DNA of 63,744 nt from Candidatus Aenigmatarchaeota archaeon (GCA_003553905.1 PWEA01000035.1:1-63744); one strand, 5' to 3'; shown: positions 29,447 to 38,638, counted from the stretch's first letter. The notes: a model not told the origin generated them from the sequence alone. A program made the numbers and translations.

Positions 29447-29650
29447 ACCTGGTCATTGCCATGCCATTTTTATATAATACCGGGCCCAATATCCATGCTG
29501 GGGTTATATGTCAGCCAGGTTACTCGGTGGTATAGATATAATAGGGGGACTGCTCCTTATTTTATCCAGAAACTACTATCCAAGACTCACGTACGTTTTT
29601 TTGATTATAGGCATAGCCTTGGTAGCAAAAGGACTTTATTCGATGGTATA

Positions 29651-30208
29651 ATGCTCAAAAAAGATTTTTACCGACGGGATCCAAAAAGGGTTGCCAGAGA
29701 ACTCCTCGGAAAAGAAATCGTAAGGAATGGACTGAGGGGTATAATAGTCGAAACCGAGGCATACTATGGAGAAAACGACCCGGCATCACATGCCTGTAAC
29801 GGTATAACCGAAAGGAATAAACCGATGTTTGGTGAACCGGGAAGAACCTACGTGTACCTTTGTTATGGTGTATACAACCTACTTAACTTCACGGTGAGGA
29901 AGAAGGGGAAACCCGGGGCAGTTCTTATAAGAGCGCTCGAACCTCTCGAAGGGATAGAAAAGATGCAAGAAAATAGAGGGGATGTAGATAAGAAAAACAT
30001 AGCATCGGGGCCAGGAAAACTGACGCAGGCACTCGAAATAACAACAAACGACAGTAATCTGGATGTATCAACAGATGAACATGGTATATATGTTGAAGAA
30101 GGAAGGAAATGTAAAAACGTAGCCAAGAGCAAAAGAATAGGAGTCAGTGAAACCCATAGTCAAAATCTAAGGTTTTTCTGTAAAAAATCTAATTTTATAA
30201 GTGGATAA
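29651..30208 (+). CDS. 3-methyladenine DNA glycosylase (MPG/AAG family)
   Basis: IVETEAY.G..DPASHA, YVYLCYG, AVLIRALEP, GPGKL and RIG motifs. Confidence 0.95.
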   Translation: MLKKDFYRRDPKRVARELLGKEIVRNGLRGIIVETEAYYGENDPASHACNGITERNKPMFGEPGRTYVYLCYGVYNLLNFTVRKKGKPGAVLIRALEPLEGIEKMQENRGDVDKKNIASGPGKLTQALEITTNDSNLDVSTDEHGIYVEEGRKCKNVAKSKRIGVSETHSQNLRFFCKKSNFISG

Positions 30209-30242
30209 ATAATTTTTTAAACAAAGATGTACTATTTATAAT

Positions 30243-31844
30243 ATGCCGGGAACGAAGTGGGTGTTTATAACAGGAGGAGTACTTTCTGGTCTAGGTAAGG
30301 GTCTCGTTTCTGCTTCTGTTGGTAAATTTTTACAGACGAGGGGTTACAGCACTGTTCCCATTAAATGTGATGGATATCTGAACGTTGACCCCGGAACAAT
30401 GAACCCAATAGAACACGGTGAAGTATTTGTATTGGACGACGGTGGGGAAGTAGACATGGATTTTGGACATTATGAAAGGTTTCTTGGGATCAAATCTAAG
30501 TTCGACTGGAATCTAACATCGGGAAAGATATTCCAGTCCGTTATAGAAAAGGAGCGCTCCGGGGAATATCTAGGTAAAACCGTCCAAATGATACCCCATG
30601 TAACAGATGAAATAAGATCAAGGCTTGAAAATGTGGCAAACGAAGAGGATGCGGACGTTGTTCTAATAGAAATAGGAGGAACTGTAGGCGACATGGAAAA
30701 TATGATATTTCTGGAGGCCGCAAGACAGATGCAGTCAGATCTACCCGACGAGGATACGTGCCTGGTTCATGTCACGCTTATACCGTGGCTTGATGCAGTC
30801 GGTGAACAGAAAACAAAGCCAACGCAGCATTCTGTGAAGGAATTAGAGGCTCTTGGCCTGGAAGCAAATATAATAGTAGGACGGGCAGAAAATGAGTTGG
30901 AGGAGAAAACAAAGGATAAGATATCCCTGTTCTGTGATGTACCAAAGGACCATGTAATATCAAATCCGGATGTAGAAGAGGTATATAAGATACCACTAAA
31001 CCTCAAAGAGGACGGGATGGACAGTATAATATCAGATGAACTTAATCTAAAAGATGGATCGGCAGACATGGAAAAATGGAAAAGACTTGTAGAAAATCTG
31101 GAAAACCCACGGGAAACCGTAGACATCGCAATATGTGGAAAGTATACTAAACTTGAAGACTCTTATGTATCGATAAGAGAAGCACTAAAACACTGCTCGG
31201 CCCATCTTAACTGTAAGGTAAAGCAGAGATTCATCGAAACAACAGATCTCGAAGAAGATGTAGGCAAGGTCCTGGGAAGTCCCGATGGAGTTATAATACC
31301 CGGCGGTTTTGGAAAAAGAGGCGCCGAAGGTAAAATAGAAATAGCAAAATACTGCAGAGAAAACAAAATTCCAATACTGGGTCTTTGTTACGGTCTTCAA
31401 CTCATGGTAACCGAGTTCGCAAGAAACAAATGCAACTTGGAAGAAGCCAATTCTACAGAGATAGATGAGGAAACATTACACCCAATTATAGATCTGATTC
31501 CGGAACAAAAGAACGTGGATGCAAAAGGAGGTACAATGAGACTCGGTGGCGGGATAACAAAAATAGAGAAGGATTCTATGGCCAAAGATATATACGGAAA
31601 AAAGGAAGTAAAGGAAAGGTTTAGACATAGGTATGAGGTAAACCCAGAATACCATGAAAAACTCGAAGACGAGGGGCTCAGGTTGTCAGGTGTTTCAAAA
31701 AACGAAGAAAATATAGTCCAGGTTGTCGAAATAAAAGACCATCCTTTTTATTTTGCAACGCAGTTCCACCCCGAATTTACTTCAACATTTGAAGATCCCA
31801 GTCCTGTATTCATGGATTTCGTAAAATCCTGTCTAAATAGGTGA
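30243..31844 (+). CDS. pyrG: CTP synthase
   Basis: GGVLSGLGKG, NVDPGTM, GLCYGLQ, RHRYE and QFHPEF motifs. Confidence 0.98.
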   Translation: MPGTKWVFITGGVLSGLGKGLVSASVGKFLQTRGYSTVPIKCDGYLNVDPGTMNPIEHGEVFVLDDGGEVDMDFGHYERFLGIKSKFDWNLTSGKIFQSVIEKERSGEYLGKTVQMIPHVTDEIRSRLENVANEEDADVVLIEIGGTVGDMENMIFLEAARQMQSDLPDEDTCLVHVTLIPWLDAVGEQKTKPTQHSVKELEALGLEANIIVGRAENELEEKTKDKISLFCDVPKDHVISNPDVEEVYKIPLNLKEDGMDSIISDELNLKDGSADMEKWKRLVENLENPRETVDIAICGKYTKLEDSYVSIREALKHCSAHLNCKVKQRFIETTDLEEDVGKVLGSPDGVIIPGGFGKRGAEGKIEIAKYCRENKIPILGLCYGLQLMVTEFARNKCNLEEANSTEIDEETLHPIIDLIPEQKNVDAKGGTMRLGGGITKIEKDSMAKDIYGKKEVKERFRHRYEVNPEYHEKLEDEGLRLSGVSKNEENIVQVVEIKDHPFYFATQFHPEFTSTFEDPSPVFMDFVKSCLNR

Positions 31845-32971
31845 TTTCTTTGCAAAACAACTGGATACTCATAAGGTATGGAGAAATAGGTCTCAAAAGC
31901 GACTATGTGAGAAGAAGCTTTGAGGACAGACTGATCAACAATATAATTAAAGGTATGGAATCAAACGGGATCGAAGGAAAAGTTAAAAGAGGGTATGGAA
32001 GGATCTTTGTAAAGACAGAAGAAACGAAAAAGGCTTCTGCGGTCTTGGAAAGGATGTTTGGTGTCGTAAGCTTGTCTCCCTGTAGAAAAATAGGCTCAGA
32101 CCTTGAAGAAGTAGTTAATGAACTTTCGGAGCTGGGAAAGGAAAAGGTGGATGAAAACGACTCGTTTGCAGTAAGAGTAAGAAGAACAGGTGATCATGGC
32201 TTTTCTTCGAAAGACGTAGAAGAAAAAGCAGGTGCAAAAATTCTGAACAGCACGGGTGCTTCTGTTGATCTGGACAATCCCGACAAAAGGATAATGGCCG
32301 ATATAAGGCAGGGCCAATGTTATGTTTTCACCGAAAAAATAGAAAGCCCCGGCGGACTTCCACTGGGTACACAGGGCAAGGTATTATCACTTTTCAAGGG
32401 AGGATGTGGATCATTTCTTTCAACATGGATGATGATGAAGAGAGGGTGTTCTGTTGTAATACTACATGGAAAGATGGAGCCATATGCATCAGATGAAAAG
32501 TTCGAAAAATCGCTTGAAGAGCTTAAAAAATGGGGTCATGGTTCTTCGATTGATGTACTCGAATTCGATCTGGGAAGTATAATATTCAAACTTTCCGAGA
32601 ATGGTGAAACTGGATACACATGCACGTTATGTAGGAGGTTTATCCACAGACTTGCCTCGGAAGTCGCCAAAAAAATAGGAGCAGAGGCCATTATAGCCGG
32701 CGACTATCTGGACAATAGTTTTGGTGATATGAAAATCCATGATTCGGTCACAGATATCCCTGTAATAAGACCACTTGTTGGCATGGATAAAAGTACAATT
32801 ATGGAAAGATGCGATGATATAGCAGGAAGGTTCCTACTCAAACAAAACGAATGTAAGGCAAAGGAAAAATGCGAATCCGATGTACAAAGGGAAACAGTAG
32901 AAGAACTGGAAAATGAAATTGGGGTGGAAAACCTCATGGATGACTTCCTTGAAGAGGTTTTTGGAAAATGA
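31841..32971 (+). CDS. ThiI-like THUMP-domain protein with degenerate PP-loop
   Basis: IRYGEIGLKS, THUMP domain, GGLPLGTQGK, MMKRG and RPLVG motifs, but SGGxDS is replaced by KGGCGS. Confidence 0.85.
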   Translation: MISLQNNWILIRYGEIGLKSDYVRRSFEDRLINNIIKGMESNGIEGKVKRGYGRIFVKTEETKKASAVLERMFGVVSLSPCRKIGSDLEEVVNELSELGKEKVDENDSFAVRVRRTGDHGFSSKDVEEKAGAKILNSTGASVDLDNPDKRIMADIRQGQCYVFTEKIESPGGLPLGTQGKVLSLFKGGCGSFLSTWMMMKRGCSVVILHGKMEPYASDEKFEKSLEELKKWGHGSSIDVLEFDLGSIIFKLSENGETGYTCTLCRRFIHRLASEVAKKIGAEAIIAGDYLDNSFGDMKIHDSVTDIPVIRPLVGMDKSTIMERCDDIAGRFLLKQNECKAKEKCESDVQRETVEELENEIGVENLMDDFLEEVFGK

Positions 32972-33354
32972 AAATTCCAAACTCCGAACTTGTAGGCAGA
33001 ATTATAAGAGAAAAACTGAAGGAAGTGGGCGTCGTAAGAAGTCAGCAGGAACTGGGAAGGATAGTTGAAGGTGAACTGAAGGATATAGACAGTTCATTTC
33101 ACATATCACCGGAAAGAGCCAGAAGAATTGCACTGGAGGTGCAGGATATAGATGTTACAGTAGAAACAAAAAAGTCCGCTTCAGATAAACCAAACAACTG
33201 TCCTGTGTGCAACTACGACCTAGAAGGTCTATACGCTGAAAATCTGGAGGGTGAAAAAACACGTGTCGGGTTTAGATGTAATAACTGTGGGTACCGTGGC
33301 GACGTCGATGAGTTTATGCCTATGAGATACGAATTTAAGATAAGGAAGGATTAA
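32968..33354 (+). CDS. Conserved archaeal hypothetical protein with C-terminal Zn ribbon
   Basis: V.SQ.EL...V, CPVC...CNNCGY and P.RYEF motifs. Confidence 0.75.
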   Translation: MKIPNSELVGRIIREKLKEVGVVRSQQELGRIVEGELKDIDSSFHISPERARRIALEVQDIDVTVETKKSASDKPNNCPVCNYDLEGLYAENLEGEKTRVGFRCNNCGYRGDVDEFMPMRYEFKIRKD

Positions 33355-33387
33355 ATTCTTATAATTTGAAACTACTCCTTTAAACGC

Positions 33388-33605
33388 GCCGGTGTGGCCG
33401 AGTCTGGCTAAAGGCGGTGGATTCGAGTCCGCGGATGTGTTGACTCACCCGAGGATGAAAGCGAAACATCCACTGGGCGTCAAACCAATATGGTTAAATA
33501 CCATATCCACTGGAGACGAGGCCCGCGCAGGTTCAAAACAGGTCAGGTATTTCGGGAAACAACTTTATTTCCTCCCGGACTGTGGAAGTCCTGCCGCCGG
33601 CGCCA
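33388..33605 (+). tRNA. tRNA-Ser(CGA) with three introns: 37/38 (33428-33467), variable-arm loop (33484-33520), 59/60 (33538-33588)
   Basis: Acceptor GCCGGTG/CGCCGGC plus GCCA; anticodon stem GTGGA/TCCAC. BHB helices are TTCG/CGAA, CGTC/GACG and TTCA/TGGA. Splicing restores the GGGC/GCCC V-arm and TTCAAAT. Confidence 0.93.
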
Positions 33606-33644
33606 TTATTCAGTTTTTTAAACACAAAGAAACAAGGATTTGCT

Positions 33645-34304
33645 ATGAAAGAAATAGAAGGTATTGTTTTCGATATGGACGGTGTTCTTATAGATTCCAT
33701 GTACTACCACGCCATATCATTTGAAGAAGCCTTGGGTGACATGGGCATAGATATAGACAAGGATGAAATCTATATGCTTGAGGGAAAGGGTGCAGAAACA
33801 GCAATCAAGAACATACTTGAAGACAGAGGAATTGAGCCCAATGAATATATAATAGAGGAACTCGTCGAAAGAAAAAGAAAGATATTCAATGATATGAACG
33901 AAGCCACTGTCTTCGAGGGAATGGAAAAAACAGTAGAAAGTCTAAAGAAAGAGTTCAGATTAGGTCTTGTAACGGGAAGTAACAGGGACACTGTGGAAGA
34001 GTTTGTAAACAAATATTTCAAAGACATTTTTGATATCATAATAACCGAAGAAGACACCGAAAACAAAAAACCCAATCCTGACCCCTTTGAAAAAAGCATT
34101 CAAAAACTCGGACTAAACAAAGAAAACGTCTTGGTTGTAGAAAACGCTCCACTGGGTGTCTTATCGGCAAAGGAAGCAGGAATAAAATGTTGGGCAGTTG
34201 CAACATATGTAGAAAAAAATGATCTCAAGGAAGCGGGGGCAGATAAAGTTTTCAATAACCACGAGGACCTGATAAAGTCCCTGGAAAACCTGACTAAACC
34301 CTAA
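33645..34304 (+). CDS. HAD-superfamily phosphatase (beta-PGM-like)
   Basis: FDMDGVLIDS, KPNPDP and VENAPLG motifs. Confidence 0.92.
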   Translation: MKEIEGIVFDMDGVLIDSMYYHAISFEEALGDMGIDIDKDEIYMLEGKGAETAIKNILEDRGIEPNEYIIEELVERKRKIFNDMNEATVFEGMEKTVESLKKEFRLGLVTGSNRDTVEEFVNKYFKDIFDIIITEEDTENKKPNPDPFEKSIQKLGLNKENVLVVENAPLGVLSAKEAGIKCWAVATYVEKNDLKEAGADKVFNNHEDLIKSLENLTKP

Positions 34305-34353
34305 AACCATATCACAAAAGTTTTATATTGTTTAACAATAAAAATCATAGCGT

Positions 34354-34428
34354 GCGGTCGTGGTCTAGTGGCTAGGACACGACCCTGCCACGGTCGTAGC
34401 CCGGGTTCAAATCCCGGCGACCGCACCA
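34354..34428 (+). tRNA. tRNA-Gly(GCC), intronless, CCA encoded
   Basis: Acceptor GCGGTCG/CGACCGC; anticodon arm CGACC-CTGCCAC-GGTCG. Confidence 0.96.
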
Positions 34429-34459
34429 ATTTTTATTTCTTAGGAGTTAATTATAATAC

Positions 34460-35128
34460 ATGACCTGGAAGGATGTTCTCCACAAAAAGAGAAAAGAAGT
34501 TCCCTTCCTTATTTTAATAGCTTTCCTCCTATCCTTCATTGTAGCAAGAATCTACGTATATCTGCTTGTTCCGGGGTGGGCAGGTGCCGATATATTCCCA
34601 TTTGAAGACTATATAATACACCACTTTTACTATGGCATAGCCCTTGTAATGATAGCAGGCTGGCTATCTATAGTCCATAGGGATAGAAACATAGAAAGAT
34701 TGTCTGCAATCCTATACGGACTTGGACTTGGTATATTCTTTGACGAAATAGGCCTTTTGCTAACGGAGTTCACAGACTACTGGACGGGCATAACCTATAC
34801 CTTTGTCGTGATACTATCCCTTCTTATGTTTAACTTCATATTTTTCAAGGATTTCTGGGAAGAGGTAGGCTCAGAAATAACTAAGGTTGTTAAAAAGCAC
34901 AAACTTGATCACGGGCCATTGAATATAATGGGCCTGATAGATTTATTAGACGAGGTGGAAAGAAAGATGCCAAAAACCGGAAAGGTAACGGCTGCTGCAA
35001 CGGGTATTATTCTACTGTCTGCAGGGATACTTGTAGTACGTTATCCTGCTTTGATACGTTATTGGGTCGGAGGAGCATTTCTGATTAGCGGAATAGCTCA
35101 GATAACACAGGCTCTCAAAAAAGGTTAG
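34460..35128 (+). CDS. Hypothetical integral membrane protein (HHFYYG...G.GLG.FFDE motif)
   Basis: About 6 hydrophobic segments with a conserved-looking HH/DE motif. Confidence 0.75.
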   Translation: MTWKDVLHKKRKEVPFLILIAFLLSFIVARIYVYLLVPGWAGADIFPFEDYIIHHFYYGIALVMIAGWLSIVHRDRNIERLSAILYGLGLGIFFDEIGLLLTEFTDYWTGITYTFVVILSLLMFNFIFFKDFWEEVGSEITKVVKKHKLDHGPLNIMGLIDLLDEVERKMPKTGKVTAAATGIILLSAGILVVRYPALIRYWVGGAFLISGIAQITQALKKG

Positions 35129-35163
35129 AAAGAAATTTAAGGTTCAAGGAAAGAAGGTAGTTC

Positions 35164-35700
35164 ATGACCCAAGAATTTACCAGGGAGATATACTCAGACT
35201 GGATGAGATCCACACAGGAAAAGAAGTACAAGGAGATACTTCTGGACTTCATACTACCAATGAAGGATAAAATTAACCTTGACAGAGACAAAATACTCGA
35301 TGTGGGGATTGGGAAAGGCTGGTTTGAGAAAAAACTCAGGGATCGTGGGATTGAGAACAGTATAATAGGCCTCGATGTCGAAAAGATGGGTTTAGCATCA
35401 AAGGATATTGAATTTATAGTAGGGTCTGGTGACTATATGCCATTTAGAAACAATAGCTTCGATATAGTCCTCTCTTTTGATACAATACATCTACTTAAGA
35501 GGCCCCAGGAAATAGAAAGAGTTTTGTCAGATGATGGATACGCCATTATTTCAACGCACTGCAACGAAAGAAATTTTAAAAAGAGGGGAGACAAAATTAA
35601 ATCATTATTCGACATGGAGGTATTGAAGGAGGGAATCGTCGGAGATCCAAACGATGAAATGAGTTACGTTGTACTTTTCAGGAACGGGTCCGTGGTCTAG
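35164..35700 (+). CDS. Class I SAM-dependent methyltransferase
   Basis: ILDVGIGKG and MPFRNNSFDIV motifs. Confidence 0.85.
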   Translation: MTQEFTREIYSDWMRSTQEKKYKEILLDFILPMKDKINLDRDKILDVGIGKGWFEKKLRDRGIENSIIGLDVEKMGLASKDIEFIVGSGDYMPFRNNSFDIVLSFDTIHLLKRPQEIERVLSDDGYAIISTHCNERNFKKRGDKIKSLFDMEVLKEGIVGDPNDEMSYVVLFRNGSVV

Positions 35701-35761
35701 TGGCTATGACGTCGCCTTGACATGGCGAAGGTCCCCCGTTCAAATCGGGGCGGACCCACCA
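35686..35761 (+). tRNA. tRNA-Val(GAC), intronless, CCA encoded
   Basis: Acceptor GGGTCCG/CGGACCC; anticodon arm TCGCC-TTGACAT-GGCGA. Confidence 0.96.
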
Positions 35762-35797
35762 CTATCTCACTTATATAAGCAGAAAAGAATTTCTGTT

Positions 35798-36694
35798 TCA
35801 AATGCTTTCTTTAACTGTGAGGCTGGTCTCTTGGTCTATGTAGTAACCGTAGTCTAGGTTCACATCAATAGGAACTTCCAGGAAGTTTACATCCTCATCT
35901 ATTTCGCCTCTGCAGATTATCTGGAAATCACCGCCGTATACCCTTACATTATCATCACTACAATCTTCGTCCTCCCAACTTACAGGAGTATCTTCAGGGA
36001 AGCTTACATCTACACTTATCCTGTTTCTCTGCTCCCGTCCCGGAATCTCACCTTCGCCGTGGGCATCTTCAAGGTATGGAACTCCACCACCTATATTCTG
36101 TCCCTGTATGTAGAACCTGAATGTTGTGTCGTCTTCATCTATAAGAACAGGTGAAGGACCGTCTATTCCGACGGATAATGGTCCACGGGACATTCTTGAA
36201 ACGCCCATATCAGGAATAGGATCTCCTACCTCTAGTCTCATTGCGTACTCGTCTTTTTCTATTACTGGTAGTAAGACCCTTGCATCCGTTTCGTATTTAT
36301 AATAAACTCTCGACCTTATACCAACGTTCTCGGGACCAACAGATATCTGAGGAGCGGTCATGCTGGCAGTAAATGTATGCATCTCACCTTCAAAGTCCTC
36401 CGTTGGGGGATCCAGAAGTACTTGATCCTGAAATCCATCAACCTCAATAGACCCGCCGGCTCTTTCGACATTGGCCCATACATCCTCGGCTGTCCTGTCG
36501 CCCATGTTCTGGACATCTAACAATAGGTCGAAAGAATCACCAGAAAAAACTTCGGGTGGAATTGCGTCAAAAGAAGTTATCTCAACTCCATATCCAACTT
36601 CCTCGTCGTCCTCACCGAATTCAATACATCCAGAAATAAATACCAAGGATGCTGCAAGTAAAACAATAAACATCTCTTTTCTTCTTGTTACCAT
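35798..36694 (-). CDS. Lipoprotein (ISGC lipobox), paralog 3
   Basis: VFISGC after a hydrophobic signal; beta-sandwich motifs shared with its neighbours. Confidence 0.8.
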   Translation of the reverse strand: MVTRRKEMFIVLLAASLVFISGCIEFGEDDEEVGYGVEITSFDAIPPEVFSGDSFDLLLDVQNMGDRTAEDVWANVERAGGSIEVDGFQDQVLLDPPTEDFEGEMHTFTASMTAPQISVGPENVGIRSRVYYKYETDARVLLPVIEKDEYAMRLEVGDPIPDMGVSRMSRGPLSVGIDGPSPVLIDEDDTTFRFYIQGQNIGGGVPYLEDAHGEGEIPGREQRNRISVDVSFPEDTPVSWEDEDCSDDNVRVYGGDFQIICRGEIDEDVNFLEVPIDVNLDYGYYIDQETSLTVKESI

Positions 36695-36750
36695 ACTACC
36701 TACAACAATCTTTTACTCAGGTATTTATAAACTTTACCCTAATAACTCCG

Positions 36751-37632
36751 TTATGGCTCTATATTAACAAAAAACGATCCATCCCTAACATAGGTGTAAT
36801 CGGCGTCCATGTGGAAAGTAGCCGTTTCTACTGAATCGACACTGTCTGTGGAAAATCTGCAAGAAACTCTCGCTGTTCTTCCGTTTCTAAACCTTATATC
36901 CTCAAAGACTATAGGTTTGTCGCCTGTATCCATGTCCTGACAGCCTCCAAACTCTAATATATCATCCTGATAATACATCTCTACATCACCGCCTTGTATT
37001 ATATTATCCCTAACAAATCCATCGCCTTTGTTTTCAAAATGGAAGTGAACCAAAAAATCATCGCCTTCTAAAAGAGGCTGTTCCTTGGAAATTTCGGCTA
37101 TTATTTCAACAGGTGTACGTGTTTTTTCGTAGCGTACGTCAGATTCTTCGCCCAGATTCCCCATCCTCTCCCTTGTTATATACTCCTCTTCGTCCATTAT
37201 ATTCACACTAAAAGTGGCGTGCGCACTCGACTCATATGAAACCCTGTATTTCATATCGCATCTCTCTTCCATGCTAACCTCAGGTGCCCGATATTCTATC
37301 TCAAGCATGGTTTTATGACCGGGCTCCAGTTCGTCATCAGCAATGTCATGCTCTGTTTTTTCTTCAAACAAACAGCTATCCACCATTCTAAGCTCTATGT
37401 TTTCGGGTGTAGTATTCCCGCTGTTTACCACGTCAAAAACAACATCCATGTCCCTACCCGAGCGTACATTCATAGGAAAAGCTTCAGCACTCACGGAAAT
37501 CTCTTCATGTTCTGTGTATTCGGGTTCACCAAACCCAAGAAATCCTGTTCCTGCACGATCGGCACCAGGAAAGCCTGTGCAACCAGAAACCATTACTATC
37601 AAGAAAATGCTTATAATTATAGTCTTTTTCAT
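36751..37632 (-). CDS. Lipoprotein (VSGC lipobox), paralog 2
   Basis: MKK + hydrophobic segment + VSGC. Confidence 0.8.
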   Translation of the reverse strand: MKKTIIISIFLIVMVSGCTGFPGADRAGTGFLGFGEPEYTEHEEISVSAEAFPMNVRSGRDMDVVFDVVNSGNTTPENIELRMVDSCLFEEKTEHDIADDELEPGHKTMLEIEYRAPEVSMEERCDMKYRVSYESSAHATFSVNIMDEEEYITRERMGNLGEESDVRYEKTRTPVEIIAEISKEQPLLEGDDFLVHFHFENKGDGFVRDNIIQGGDVEMYYQDDILEFGGCQDMDTGDKPIVFEDIRFRNGRTARVSCRFSTDSVDSVETATFHMDADYTYVRDGSFFVNIEP

Positions 37633-37641
37633 CCTATACCC

Positions 37642-38598
37642 CTACAACGTTGGTTGGATAGAAACAGAACCCTCTCCTTCCAACGTATATTCATAGTCCT
37701 CAACATTCACCCTAATCTGGAAGCTGGACAATGGCTCCTCGAAATATTCACTATAACCATCCGGATAAAGTCTGCAGCTTATCGGCGGCGTCCTGCCGTC
37801 TATAAACTGTAATTCTTCGGAATCACCAACAGGACTTCTACATCCTGTCTTCCAGTCCGTTTCTTCGTCCAAATATTCATCGTAACCAAGCTCTTTTTCG
37901 GTTTCACCGTAGTCCAGTGTGATACTAACATCACGCGGTGTAAGATCATCCAAACTACCATCACCTGCATTCCTCAGTCTAACCTGGAACGGAATGGCAC
38001 TTCCGCTTCTAAAGGGTTGCTGACCACTGAAATCAATATCTACCTTTACAGGTCCTCTGGCCTTGCCCGTCGTAGGTGATACGCTGGCCACTTCAGAATC
38101 ACGAGAAACATCCTCGTCCATAACATAGACATCAGAACGACTGTAAGCATCAAACTCATATTTTACATAGTATTTCAGGGGACAAGAACCTGCCATATGC
38201 CCAAGCTCCTGATCAGTGGGAGCATCCATTCCCCATTCGATTACCCTTGTGGCACCCTCAAAAATACTATCTCCATCTATTGCTTGGGGATCATGACCAG
38301 GCCTTAGATCACACATACCAGAATCGTACAACCTTACTTCGACGTTTCTGGCACTCTCTGCATCGAAAAGATTCGTCAGCTCAAATGAAAACTCAAACTG
38401 TCCTTCGGCATTAACTGTAGATGGGTCTACCCTCTGGTTTCTAATAACGAGAACGTCATCGGGTTCTTCGACCTCCTCTGTACCTACACCCATAAGGCCT
38501 CCCAGACCCCCGCCTTCAACACATCCGGATATAAATAAAACCAGAGGGATCAAAAATACAAAAACCGCAAGCTTTTTCATACAATCACTATCAATCAT
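37642..38598 (-). CDS. Lipoprotein (ISGC lipobox), paralog 1
   Basis: MKKLAVFVFLIPLVLFISGC; the true start may be the second Met. Confidence 0.8.
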   Translation of the reverse strand: MIDSDCMKKLAVFVFLIPLVLFISGCVEGGGLGGLMGVGTEEVEEPDDVLVIRNQRVDPSTVNAEGQFEFSFELTNLFDAESARNVEVRLYDSGMCDLRPGHDPQAIDGDSIFEGATRVIEWGMDAPTDQELGHMAGSCPLKYYVKYEFDAYSRSDVYVMDEDVSRDSEVASVSPTTGKARGPVKVDIDFSGQQPFRSGSAIPFQVRLRNAGDGSLDDLTPRDVSITLDYGETEKELGYDEYLDEETDWKTGCRSPVGDSEELQFIDGRTPPISCRLYPDGYSEYFEEPLSSFQIRVNVEDYEYTLEGEGSVSIQPTL

Positions 38599-38638
38599 TG
38601 AGTTTTATTGTAATATAAATGTTTGGGGTTTCTTTACA

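Noticed and set aside
29456..29650. N-terminal extension of the MPG ORF in the ORF track
   Set aside because: Not homologous to MPG; the family sequence begins at Met 29651
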